A stretch of DNA of 61,401 bases from an uncultured Candidatus Saccharibacteria bacterium (GCA_964479945.1 CAYZNS010000005.1:1-61401); one strand, 5' to 3'; positions 36,751 to 45,848 are shown, numbered from the stretch's first letter. Made by a program: numbers and translations. Notes: generated by a model not told the origin, from the sequence alone.

Positions 36751-37362
36751 TTATAAGAGAAAGTTACTCAGATGTTTTTTTATTTGATGCCAGACGTTTT
36801 CAATTAACTGTGTCGCGTCCACTATACGCCAGTGTTCCGGGTCTTCCCGCGCTTGTGTTAAAAATCCTTCGCGGACTCGTTGGTGGAATTCCAGCTTTTC
36901 GGCATCAAACCGGCTGGTTGCTTCTTCGCGGGAAAGCACGACTTCCGGGTTGGCATCTAATAGAACGATCAAGTCAGGCAAAATACCGCCTCGTGCCGCG
37001 GCACTTTTATTTTTAATAAGTTCCAAATCAATACCCCTGCCATATCCCTGATAGGCAATGGTAGACGGCTCAAAACGGTCGCAGAGGACTATGGCGCCGC
37101 GTTCAAGCGCCGGCAGAATTACATTGGTTATATGCAGTGCGCGATCCTGGCAAAATAAATCTAGCTCTTCTTCCGGTGCTAGAACGCCTTTCTTGTCAAG
37201 AAGTTTCTCGCGAATAGCGGAATCGCCGCCGCCCGGTTCGTGCGTAAGAACGACAGTATACCCCTGTGCTTGCAAATAATCTTTCGCGCGCGCCAATTGC
37301 GTTGTTTTGCCGACTTTCTCGCCGCCTTCAAAAACTATGAATCTCTCATTGGAATTACGCAT
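36751..37362 (-). CDS. tmk: Thymidylate kinase
   Basis: FEGGEKVGKTTQ, HEPGG, CDRF..STIAYQGYGRG. Confidence 0.93.
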   Translation of the reverse strand: MRNSNERFIVFEGGEKVGKTTQLARAKDYLQAQGYTVVLTHEPGGGDSAIREKLLDKKGVLAPEEELDLFCQDRALHITNVILPALERGAIVLCDRFEPSTIAYQGYGRGIDLELIKNKSAAARGGILPDLIVLLDANPEVVLSREEATSRFDAEKLEFHQRVREGFLTQAREDPEHWRIVDATQLIENVWHQIKKHLSNFLL

Positions 37363-37385
37363 GGCATTATTGTATCATAGTTTAT

Positions 37386-38207
37386 ATGAAGGCCTACCTT
37401 GACGCATTACGGCACATAATGGAAAACGGCGTAGACCGGCCGAATAGGACAGGCATTCCATCACGAGCGGTGTTTGGGATGCAGATGCGGTACAACATGG
37501 CTGATGGGTTTCCTGCCATTACCACGAAGAAACTTGCCTTTAAAGCGACAAAAGCAGAGTTGTTGTGGTTTATCAGCGGCAGCTCGGATGTAAAAAAATT
37601 GCAGGAGTTGGGGTGCCGCATCTGGGATGCCAACGCGGAAGCGGATTATTGGAAGCCCAAAGCTCGGTTTAAAGGGGATTTAGGGCGCGTATATGGCGTG
37701 CAGTGGCGGAGTTGGCAGCGGCCCGATGGCTCTACCGTGGATCAGCTTACGGATGTAATTCAGCATATCAAGGAACAACCTCATGACCGGCGGCTTGTTG
37801 TAGCGGCATGGAATCCGGGAGAACTGGATCAGATGGCGTTACCGCCCTGCCACGCGTTTTTCCAGTTTTTCGTGGCAGCTAATAAGCTCTCACTTCAGAT
37901 GTACCAGCGCTCGTGCGATATGTTTTTGGGCGTGCCGTTTAATATTGCCTCGTATTCACTCTTATTGCATATGGCAGCACAGGTAACGAGTCTTAAAGCA
38001 GGGGAGTTTATTCATACCTTGGGAGACGCGCACATTTATGAAAATCATTTTGATCAAGTACAGGAACAGTTGCAGCGAGAGCCGTTTCCACTGCCGAAGT
38101 TGAAGCTCAACCCCGCTGTCAACGATATTGAAAAGTTTACTATGGACGATATTGAGCTTGTTGATTACCAGTATCATCCGCCTATTAAAGCAGAGATGGC
38201 TGTGTAA
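37386..38207 (+). CDS. thyA: Thymidylate synthase ThyA
   Basis: ALPPCH, YQRSCDMFLGVPFNIASY, HIYENH. Confidence 0.97.
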   Translation: MKAYLDALRHIMENGVDRPNRTGIPSRAVFGMQMRYNMADGFPAITTKKLAFKATKAELLWFISGSSDVKKLQELGCRIWDANAEADYWKPKARFKGDLGRVYGVQWRSWQRPDGSTVDQLTDVIQHIKEQPHDRRLVVAAWNPGELDQMALPPCHAFFQFFVAANKLSLQMYQRSCDMFLGVPFNIASYSLLLHMAAQVTSLKAGEFIHTLGDAHIYENHFDQVQEQLQREPFPLPKLKLNPAVNDIEKFTMDDIELVDYQYHPPIKAEMAV

Positions 38208-38245
38208 GCAGAGGCATTTGTCAAACACTAAGTGTTTGACAATAT

Positions 38246-38728
38246 ATGATTATATCTATTATTTCAGCACTAGATAAAAACGGCCTTATTGGGAATTCGC
38301 GGGGGTTGCCATGGCATTTGCCCGCTGATTTACGGCATTTTAAAGAACTTACGGTTGGCAAGCCCGTCATTATGGGGCGCAAAACGTATCAGACAATCGG
38401 GCGGCCGCTGCCAGATCGCCTGAATATCGTGCTCTCGGAGATGCCGGAAGAAATTCCCGGCTGCATGGTTGCGCATTCGGTTGAAGAAGCGCTTCGCCGC
38501 GCAGGCAATGCGCCGGAAATAATGATTATCGGCGGAGCGACCGTTTACAAACAATTTTTGCCGCAGACAGAACGCATGTATCTAACAAGAATAGACCATG
38601 CCTTTGAAGGTGATATTTATTTTCCGGAATACAATGAGCATGAATGGCGGGAAATATCACGCGAGGAACATGTCCCGGATGAAAAGAATCCATATCCGTA
38701 TGCATTTATCAGGCTTGTCAAACACTAA
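38246..38728 (+). CDS. folA: Dihydrofolate reductase
   Basis: LPWHLPADLRHFK, MGRKTY, RPLPDRLNIVLS, IIGG. Confidence 0.96.
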   Translation: MIISIISALDKNGLIGNSRGLPWHLPADLRHFKELTVGKPVIMGRKTYQTIGRPLPDRLNIVLSEMPEEIPGCMVAHSVEEALRRAGNAPEIMIIGGATVYKQFLPQTERMYLTRIDHAFEGDIYFPEYNEHEWREISREEHVPDEKNPYPYAFIRLVKH

Positions 38729-38750
38729 GTGTTTGACATATAATGGACAC

Positions 38751-39431
38751 ATGCGGAAAAAATCATTTGCTGAAGGAGGATATTATCATATCTACAATCG
38801 CGGAGTAGAAAAAAGGGATATTTTTCTCGACGACCACGATAGATGGAGGTTCCTCACACTGCTCCTTGTGTTACAGGGAAACATGCATTTTCCGCAAGTG
38901 GGACGACTGGTATCCCTTGTCAAACACTTAGTGTTTGACAAGTCTGTTGATTCAAGAATTGATGAACAGGATATGTTTAAAGATGTCTTATCTAACCGCA
39001 TGGTCGAACTTGTTTGTTTTTGTCTTATGCCGAATCATTTTCATCTTGTTCTATACGAAACCAAAGAGGGTGGAATTTCAAAATTTATGCAGCGGCTGGG
39101 GGATGGTTATACAAAATATGAACGATCGGGGCATCTTTTTGGCGGAGTATTTCAATCAGTTCCTATTGATAAAAATGAATATCTTAATTATCTATTGGCT
39201 TACGTACATCTGAACCCTCATACACTGAAAGCATGGCACAGAAAGGAAGATCAGTATCCATGGTCAAGTTACTATGATTACGTGAAAACGAATAGATGGG
39301 GCAATTTTTTAAATCCTTCTGTAGTGCTTGAACAATTTTCCGTTTCAGAGTATAAGCAGTTTGTAAAAGGGAGTAGAAACAATATAGATATAGAAGACAT
39401 CTATTTAATAGACAATGTGTCAAACACTTAG
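38751..39431 (+). mobile_element. REP-associated tyrosine transposase (RAYT, HUH/Y1 family)
   Basis: YHIYNRGVEKRDIF, LMPNHFHL (HUH), GYTKY, YPWSSY; flanked by palindromes. Confidence 0.88.
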
Positions 39432-39448
39432 TGTTTGACAGTTGCTAT

Positions 39449-39883
39449 ATGAAAATTAACATAAAACGTCTTGATCCGTCTCTGCCGTTGCCGGAGTATA
39501 AGACCAGCGGGGCGGCGGCTTTTGATTTGTATGCGCGGGAAAGTATAAAGATAAAACCGCAATCGCTTGGATATATTCCGACGAATCTCATCATCAAAAC
39601 CCCGCCCGGGTATGTACTTATAATGGCGTCGCGTTCCAGTACGCCCAAAAGCGGGCTTATTATTCCGCATGGAATCGGCATTATTGACGCCGACTATTGC
39701 GGTGATGAAGATGAGCTCAAATGTCAGGTGTATAACATTACCAAAAAACCCGTGCGCATTCAACGAGGTGATCGGATAGGGCAGGCGTTGTTTGTAAAAT
39801 TAGGCCGCGTGAAAGAATGGAAGGAACAGGCGTCCATGAATAAAAAAAGCCGGGGCGGGTTCGGTTCCACCGGCTCAAGTTAG
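39449..39883 (+). CDS. dut: Trimeric dUTPase (copy 1)
   Basis: AAFDL, SRSS, GIIDADYCG, RIGQ, SRGGFGSTG. Confidence 0.92.
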   Translation: MKINIKRLDPSLPLPEYKTSGAAAFDLYARESIKIKPQSLGYIPTNLIIKTPPGYVLIMASRSSTPKSGLIIPHGIGIIDADYCGDEDELKCQVYNITKKPVRIQRGDRIGQALFVKLGRVKEWKEQASMNKKSRGGFGSTGSS

Positions 39884-39898
39884 GATGTAAAATTTTGC

Positions 39899-40333
39899 TT
39901 ATCTTCCCCATTCCGGCGCAAGAGGCGTATCCCCGGCTTGCCGGAGAGCTTTGAGTGGCCTCATGTAGGAATAAGGATTTTTGCGGCGGTAATACTTTTT
40001 GTGTATTGGCTTGGCATCGCAGAGCTGAACTTGAGGCCATGCATTCGGGTAGGCATACGGCAAGTTATTCCTCAGCGCGCCATGCACCACGATGCATCGG
40101 AGAGCGATATTTTCTTCTTTAGCCATCCAAGCGCGATGAATACCGTCTTTGAGGATGGGAATTTTAAGCGAGAGAGCCGGAGGAGGATCGTTGTCTCCTA
40201 CAGCGGAAATTATTTGAACGCGTTCCTCATAAATTTCAACGAATGGCGGCGCCATGCTCAGCAGCTGCCCTTCAGCGGTTTTAAGCTGGAGAATCGAGGA
40301 TAATTTGAGAATATCGATTTGATAGCGGTCCAT
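39899..40333 (-). CDS. Hypothetical protein (possible ParB/Srx-like DGxHR motif); possibly 5'-damaged
   Basis: LKDGIHRAW. An in-frame TGA lies nine codons upstream of the ATG, with protein-like sequence beyond it. Confidence 0.45.
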   Translation of the reverse strand: MDRYQIDILKLSSILQLKTAEGQLLSMAPPFVEIYEERVQIISAVGDNDPPPALSLKIPILKDGIHRAWMAKEENIALRCIVVHGALRNNLPYAYPNAWPQVQLCDAKPIHKKYYRRKNPYSYMRPLKALRQAGDTPLAPEWGR

Positions 40334-40555
40334 GAGGCACCGCCTGATTTTCCGCCTTCAGGAGAATACACGCACGTTAAATCTTTTGGGGAGCTTATTC
40401 GATTGTTTCAGAAGTCGAATAATACTATCGTATAAATCTACGCTGTTGCATTAAAAACTTGCGGCATGTAGTATGCAAAATGAAGAAGACCAAGGAGGCG
40501 ATAGAGGAATTCTTTAGATTCTCGTATATCGATTTATATACTCCCTGGAGGTGCA

Positions 40556-41071
40556 ATGCCTGAAAGAAAAAGTGCGGGAGCAATAGGATACGATGTCGCG
40601 GCGCGCGCAATTTTATGCCCTTTTGAAATGGACAAATATCATCCGTACCTGCGCAAAACACTTTCTAACGTTCCTGACGACTCTCAAATTGCGCGGCATG
40701 CCTACCGGCGCGGGACTGAATTACTGTACCGCATGGATCTGGGAGAATCCGTATTGGTGGGTCTTGGATTTATAACCGCTATGCCATTTCCGCTATTTTA
40801 TTGGGTGGCTCCCCGGAGCGGGCTTGCCTCGAAGTTTGGTATTACTGTAACAAATGCCCCGGGAACTGTTGATCCGGATTATCGGGGAGAAGCAGGCGTG
40901 CTTGTATATAATCGCAATCAGTCAATATTTGATCTTGCGCGAGGTATGCGGATAACGCAAATCATTTTCCAGTGGGCAGTTATTCCTGTGCTGGATGAAG
41001 TTGCGGCGTATGATGACTTGGTGGAAACAGGCCGCGGTGCCGGCGGGTTCGGCTCTACCGGTATTCAATAA
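40556..41071 (+). CDS. dut: Trimeric dUTPase (copy 2)
   Basis: GYDV, PRSGLA, GTVDPDYRGE, RITQ, RGAGGFGSTG. Confidence 0.9.
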   Translation: MPERKSAGAIGYDVAARAILCPFEMDKYHPYLRKTLSNVPDDSQIARHAYRRGTELLYRMDLGESVLVGLGFITAMPFPLFYWVAPRSGLASKFGITVTNAPGTVDPDYRGEAGVLVYNRNQSIFDLARGMRITQIIFQWAVIPVLDEVAAYDDLVETGRGAGGFGSTGIQ

Positions 41072-41077
41072 AAATCA

Positions 41078-41659
41078 TTATGCAACCTCTCCCTTGAGAG
41101 GTTGTTTTTTTACTTCTAGGCGGTATCCCGCGTTTGCGAGAATACCGCCTTTGCGCGTGAGAAGGTCAAAGAGCTCCTGAAAAAAATCTGCCCAGTCTAC
41201 GCTATGAGGTTGAAGTTTCATATTTTTTAGTTTCGCAAGTTCTTCCAGATGATGATCTCCAAGTTGGTTATCATAATTTCCAATGTAGTCAATACGCATA
41301 ACACCTTCTTCAGCAAAGTTTTTTGCGCAGTGAAAACAAGGAGTTCCCAAAACAATTGCTTGTCCGTTTTTTAGATCGTTACGATCGGTGTTTGTAATGG
41401 CATTCGCTTCGCCGTGGCGTGTGCGCACGCAGTGATTATTATCCATTAAGTGCCCCGCCTCATCGCAATGCGGAAGTCCGCTTACGGAACCATTGTATCC
41501 TATACCCCGCAGACGCTTGTTGTTGACAATGCCGCAGGCGGTACGCAGGCGGTCGCAGGTTGCGAGCGCGGAATGTAAAGCAATGGAGCCAAGAAATACC
41601 TTAAATCGGACATCATCACGGGAATGCGGCTTTTTGGCGTTTTTTTGCTGTTTTTTCAT
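41078..41659 (-). CDS. dCMP deaminase (ComEB-like)
   Basis: GYNGS, HGEANAI, PCFHCAK zinc motifs. Confidence 0.9.
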   Translation of the reverse strand: MKKQQKNAKKPHSRDDVRFKVFLGSIALHSALATCDRLRTACGIVNNKRLRGIGYNGSVSGLPHCDEAGHLMDNNHCVRTRHGEANAITNTDRNDLKNGQAIVLGTPCFHCAKNFAEEGVMRIDYIGNYDNQLGDHHLEELAKLKNMKLQPHSVDWADFFQELFDLLTRKGGILANAGYRLEVKKQPLKGEVA

Positions 41660-41679
41660 ATGCTATACTGTATCACATT

Positions 41680-42336
41680 ATGGCCGTACTTGGAAAACCG
41701 GAAATAAGCGCGGCAATTAAAGAGCGCATTATAGAATTTTTGCCGCCGTTGGATAGTTTTCAGTTACAGCCGCACGCGGTTGATTTGCGTTTGGGGTTTA
41801 GTTTTTACATGCCAAAAAACTGGGATATTGTGCCGGAAGGACGCATTGCGATCCGCCCGAACACGATTAGCACTTCATTAACTAAGGAAAATTTTACTTT
41901 TATTGAACTTACACCCGGCCAATTCTTTGAAGTGCTTCCCAGTGAACACGTCTTGGCGTCCACGTTTGAAAAAATTACGCTCAATACTGGTGATATTATG
42001 GCCACGCTTCACCCGCGAAGTTCAATGGTGCGAAGGGGTATTGTGATAGAATCTGGTGTTGTGGACGCATATTACACGGGAACAATGATTATCCCCATAT
42101 TCAACGGCACAAACCATGTGATACGGCTGTATCCGGGTGAACGATGTTATCAGCTTGTCTTTGAGCGGTTGGAAAGCATTCTTCAAAAGGTAGAAGCTAG
42201 TATACATGGGCGGGCTTCAGCAAAATATGTTGGCGCAACACCGTTAAATTCCAATGCAAAATTAGACAGCGATGAAGAAACTTCTTTTTTAATGTCCGGC
42301 AATATTGAAGGCTTAAAATCTCGTTTTCCACTATGA
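41680..42336 (+). CDS. dCTP deaminase-like / dUTPase-fold protein
   Basis: PHAVDLRLG, PRSSMVRRG, GVVDAYYTG. The position of the Dcd catalytic Glu reads MIIPIFN. Confidence 0.8.
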   Translation: MAVLGKPEISAAIKERIIEFLPPLDSFQLQPHAVDLRLGFSFYMPKNWDIVPEGRIAIRPNTISTSLTKENFTFIELTPGQFFEVLPSEHVLASTFEKITLNTGDIMATLHPRSSMVRRGIVIESGVVDAYYTGTMIIPIFNGTNHVIRLYPGERCYQLVFERLESILQKVEASIHGRASAKYVGATPLNSNAKLDSDEETSFLMSGNIEGLKSRFPL

Positions 42337-42857
42337 GTACTATTGTTTCCTCAAATTCGCAATCACCAACCATATTCGTTATCTTCGGAGTAACAGGGGA
42401 TTTGGCGCGCAAAAAGCTCATCCATGCCCTGTTTGATTTGTATTTAAAAAAACTTCTGCAGGAGAAATTTCGCGTAGTTGGATTTGCCAGGAGCCCGCAT
42501 ACGAAGGATGATTTTCAAGCCCTAATTCGGGATATGATACATGCCACAAAGATTGGATGCTGTCAAAATCCGTACGGAGCGCGCGGGTGTTTGAAGCATT
42601 GCGTCTGTTTGATGAAGCACGGCTGCGGACAGACGTAGTGCGCGGGCAATATAGAGGATATAAAGCGGAAGAGAACGTGGTGTCGGATTCTACCATGGAA
42701 ACATATTTCCGCATGACAGCATACATAGATAACGGACGCTGGAAGGGGACGCCGTTTATTATGGAAGTTTATCACGCCGATATTGGAGCAGTGGCACACC
42801 CTGCCGTTGATGGAGTATGATAAGGGAACGGAGGGACCAGCGATGAATAGCAAGTAA
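42333..42857 (+). pseudogene. zwf: Glucose-6-phosphate dehydrogenase remnant with two large internal deletions and frameshifts
   Basis: Three segments: IFGVTGDLARKKL; LDAVKIRTERA/VFEAL...VVRGQY...IDNGRWKGTPF; WKFITPILEQW...YDKGTEGP*. Confidence 0.85.
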
Positions 42858-42865
42858 GCGCAAGA

Positions 42866-42923
42866 ATGTGACTAACCGAGCTCTATCCACGGTTGCACCG
42901 GGAGACAGCCCGGCTCGGCACAT
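42866..42923 (+). repeat. ATGTGACT...GGCACAT hairpin family, copy C
   Basis: Arms shared with copies A and B; its core is the reverse complement of the core in copy B. Confidence 0.75.
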
Positions 42924-42942
42924 CTGAATAAAGCAATATTTT

Positions 42943-43326
42943 ATGAAATCATTTTTCAAACCGACGAAAGTAACTTGGATAAGTTTCGGACTTTTGTCAA
43001 TATCGGCTCTATTAGCAAACATGTTGCTTATACTCATATATGATGATACTTTTTTTCCTCAAAACATTGTTTTTTGGTATTTTATCAATTTTATTTTTTT
43101 GATTTCAATGCCAGCAATAGTAATGGCTGGGTATATGATGAGTATCTTCGAACCTACTGCTACATTTTCACAGACTCCTCGTATTCTTGGTGTTTATGAT
43201 CTTTTCATTGTAGTTCTCTTTGCTCTTGTGTATTATTATCTCCTCACCAGTATAGTTTCCAAAATATGGTACCGTATAAAGAATAAAATTAAAGGTCAAA
43301 AGGAGAAAGAAACAGTTGAATTTTAA
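42943..43326 (+). CDS. Three-TM hypothetical membrane protein (paralog of 43874-44227)
   Basis: MKSFFKPTKVTWI...IWYRIKNKIKGQKEKETVEF, AT-rich. Confidence 0.75.
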   Translation: MKSFFKPTKVTWISFGLLSISALLANMLLILIYDDTFFPQNIVFWYFINFIFLISMPAIVMAGYMMSIFEPTATFSQTPRILGVYDLFIVVLFALVYYYLLTSIVSKIWYRIKNKIKGQKEKETVEF

Positions 43327-43350
43327 AGTGTTTTGTGATACTGTTTGCGT

Positions 43351-43635
43351 ATGGCTACGCTTGTTATTCCAAAAAATTTAACATTTACGGTACAGATCTT
43401 CCGAGAAGGAAGCTTGTTTGTCTCATACAATCCAGAATTGGACGTTTCAAGCTGCGGCGAGACGATTGATAAGGCAAAAATGAATTTGCGCGATGCTGTA
43501 AAAGGATTTTTAAAATCCGCGGCTAAGATGGGCACATTAGATGAAATTTTGGAAGAAGCGGGATATATCCATAAGCATCGGCATTGGAGTGATCCGGAAT
43601 TGGTCGTGATAGATCGTGTTACTATAGGATCATAA
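43351..43635 (+). CDS. hicB: HicB-like antitoxin
   Basis: FVSYNPELDVSSCGETIDKAKMNLRDAV; adjacent to HicA. Confidence 0.8.
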   Translation: MATLVIPKNLTFTVQIFREGSLFVSYNPELDVSSCGETIDKAKMNLRDAVKGFLKSAAKMGTLDEILEEAGYIHKHRHWSDPELVVIDRVTIGS

Positions 43636-43641
43636 TGTTAC

Positions 43642-43866
43642 ATGCCGCGCATTACGCCGATTCATTTCAGGAAACTCGTACGGGTTTTTGAACAATACAG
43701 TTTTAAGCTTGACCGCCATGAAGGAGATCATTTGATTTATGTGAAAGATAGCGTTAAACGCCCAATCGTAATTCCCATGTACAAAGAAGTTCCTGTTTTT
43801 ATTGTTAAGAACAATCTTCGCTCTGCTGGCATATCGCGTGATGAGTATTTTAGATTACTGAAGTAA
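43642..43866 (+). CDS. hicA: HicA-family toxin
   Basis: LVRVFEQYSF...HEGDHLIY...IVIPMY...IVKNNLRSAGIS. Confidence 0.85.
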   Translation: MPRITPIHFRKLVRVFEQYSFKLDRHEGDHLIYVKDSVKRPIVIPMYKEVPVFIVKNNLRSAGISRDEYFRLLK

Positions 43867-43873
43867 GAGTCTT

Positions 43874-44227
43874 ATGAAATTTTTTTTCAAACCGACAAAG
43901 GTAACGTGGATAGCGTTTGTTTTACTTATTGCTAGTTCTATATTTCCATTCTTTCTGCTTTTTACTTTATATCTTCCCAACGTTACGATGCCGAATATTT
44001 TATCCTTGGTTTTATTTCTTATACCGGGTATCTTTCTTGCCGGATTACATGAATACATATATTCTCATTTCGTCAGCTATCGCACCATTGCATATTGGGA
44101 TTTAGCATTCTTCGTGTTTTTTGTCGGAATGTATCAATATCTCCTCGCCAGCATGGTCTCCTGGATATGGTATAGTGTGAAGAATAAAGTAAAAAGTCAA
44201 AAGGGAAAAGAGAACATTGAATTTTAA
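43874..44227 (+). CDS. Three-TM hypothetical membrane protein (paralog of 42943-43326)
   Basis: MKFFFKPTKVTWI...IWYSVKNKVKSQKGKENIEF. Confidence 0.75.
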   Translation: MKFFFKPTKVTWIAFVLLIASSIFPFFLLFTLYLPNVTMPNILSLVLFLIPGIFLAGLHEYIYSHFVSYRTIAYWDLAFFVFFVGMYQYLLASMVSWIWYSVKNKVKSQKGKENIEF

Positions 44228-44251
44228 AGTGTTTTGTGATACTAATATTCT

Positions 44252-44473
44252 ATGGCTACGCTTACTATACCGAAAAAAGAATATGAGGAATTGAAGCAAA
44301 AAGCTGCTTTGTATGACGAATATGTGAAATCCGCTTCGCATGATGTGCTTGATGTTCAAAAAAAGAAAGAAACTGCTACGGAAGAAGATGTGTTGCGGTG
44401 GTCGCGGGAAGCGAGGCGGCTTAAAAGACAAGGAAAACTTCCGCTTCTAAAATCGCTAAAAGATTTTCGCTAG
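44252..44473 (+). CDS. Putative antitoxin
   Basis: 73 aa, immediately upstream of a RelE-like toxin; LKSLKDFR tail. Confidence 0.6.
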   Translation: MATLTIPKKEYEELKQKAALYDEYVKSASHDVLDVQKKKETATEEDVLRWSREARRLKRQGKLPLLKSLKDFR

Positions 44474-44475
44474 AC

Positions 44476-44766
44476 ATGAAAATTCGTTTCAGTGCGCGGT
44501 TTAAGCGGCATTACAAAAAACTTCCATTAGAAGTGAAATTGAAAGCGGAGCAGCGTGAAAACTTGTTTCGCGCTAATCCATTCAACGTTCAACTAAACAC
44601 CCACAAACTCCACGGGAAGTTAAAAAACCAGTGGAGTTTTTCTGTTGACAATACACACCGCGTTCTCTTTGAATTTGACGGTTCCGATGTTATATTTCTT
44701 GATGTGGGTGATCACGCTTTGTATAGAGCCTATCTCAAAAATAACCGTGCAAATATAACAAATTAA
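44476..44766 (+). CDS. RelE/ParE (YafQ-like) toxin; C-terminus extended by MITE insertion
   Basis: FSARFKRHYKKL, LNTHKLHGKL...WSFSV...RVLFEF, DVGDH. Confidence 0.85.
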   Translation: MKIRFSARFKRHYKKLPLEVKLKAEQRENLFRANPFNVQLNTHKLHGKLKNQWSFSVDNTHRVLFEFDGSDVIFLDVGDHALYRAYLKNNRANITN

Positions 44767-44908
44767 ACACTTGAGGGCTGAAATCCTTAAAATTCGGCTG
44801 CAAATTACAAAAAACTCGTCGCCATAGCTCGCTATGCCTCCTCATTTTTTGCAATTTTCGCAACGAATTTTAAGGATTTCATCTCCTCATTATTTTTGAG
44901 ATAGGCTC
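44726..44908. mobile_element. 183-bp MITE, copy 2, TA duplication
   Basis: Same TIRs and length as 15568-15750; TA at 44724-44725 and 44909-44910. Confidence 0.85.
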
Positions 44909-44921
44909 TAAATAATATATT

Positions 44922-45848
44922 ATGAAACTCGGCTACATTGGTCTTGGAAAAATGGGACGGAATATGGTGGAGCGATTGCTGGAAGGGCGGCATGAGGTTG
45001 TTGTATATGATAAGGATGAGGATGTAATGCGGCAGATAGCGTGGAAAGGGGCAATTAAAGCGCCGTCATACTGGGGTTTAATCGGTTTGTTGAAACGGCC
45101 GCGCGTTATATGGCTTATGGTGCCGCATCAGGCGGTGGATGCCGTTTTAGCTGAAATTGTACCGCTTTTACACCCCCATGACGTTGTGATAGATGGTGGC
45201 AATTCGTTTTATAAGGACTCGGTGCGTCGTGCGGAGGAACTTGCCAAACGGGATATTCATATATTGGACGCGGGCATTTCCGGGGGACCGCAGGGCGCGC
45301 GTGAGGGAGCGTGTGTGATGGTTGGCGGAGACGAGAAGCAATATAAAAAAATGGAAGAATTATTTCAAGATATTGCCGCTGACGGCGGATATGCGCATAT
45401 GGGAGCATCGGGCGCGGGGCACTTTGTAAAAATGGTGCACAATGGTATTGAGTACGGCATGATGCAGGCAATCGCGGAAGGCTTTGCCGTGCTGCGCACG
45501 GCCGCTGACACACGCGGACTTGACGCAGAAACACGCGGAAGCTACAAATTTGATCTTGAAAAAATTGCGGATCTGTACAATCATCGCAGCGTTATTGAGT
45601 CGCGCCTGGTCGGATGGCTCAAGGACGCGTATTCCCAATATGGCGCAGAATTGGATCAAGTTTCCGGATCCGTCGCACGTGGCGGGGAAGGGGAGTGGAT
45701 GGTGAATACCGCAAAGGAACTCGGCGTTCCTGCTCCTGGTATAGAGAATGCTGTTGCATTCCGAACACAATCAGCCGCGAAGCCAAGCTATGCGGGTAAG
45801 GTATTGTCTGCTTTGCGGAATCAGTTCGGGGGACACGATATAAAATAA
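44922..45848 (+). CDS. gnd: 6-phosphogluconate dehydrogenase (short YqeC-type)
   Basis: GLGKMG, IDGGNS, DAGISGG, GHFVKMVHNGIEYG. Confidence 0.95.
   Translation: MKLGYIGLGKMGRNMVERLLEGRHEVVVYDKDEDVMRQIAWKGAIKAPSYWGLIGLLKRPRVIWLMVPHQAVDAVLAEIVPLLHPHDVVIDGGNSFYKDSVRRAEELAKRDIHILDAGISGGPQGAREGACVMVGGDEKQYKKMEELFQDIAADGGYAHMGASGAGHFVKMVHNGIEYGMMQAIAEGFAVLRTAADTRGLDAETRGSYKFDLEKIADLYNHRSVIESRLVGWLKDAYSQYGAELDQVSGSVARGGEGEWMVNTAKELGVPAPGIENAVAFRTQSAAKPSYAGKVLSALRNQFGGHDIK

Larger units (their letters stand above)
38219..39440. repeat. Four REP-like 23-bp palindromes TGTCAAACACT(A/T)AGTGTTTGACA
   Basis: Copies at 38219-38241, 38716-38738, 38918-38940 (inside the RAYT CDS) and 39418-39440. Confidence 0.9.

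Noticed and set aside
38120-38135. Self-target of unit 7 in thyA (AACGATATTGAAAAG)
   Set aside because: It needs a 3-nt overlap that other units do not share, plus a mismatch. 9-mer hits are expected by chance in 61 kb. A systematic search is still needed.
40330-40440. UGA read-through (genetic code 25) upstream of the 39899-40333 ORF
   Set aside because: Many clear genes here end in TGA (8829, 21984, 23681, 25201), so code 11 applies; this is more likely local decay.
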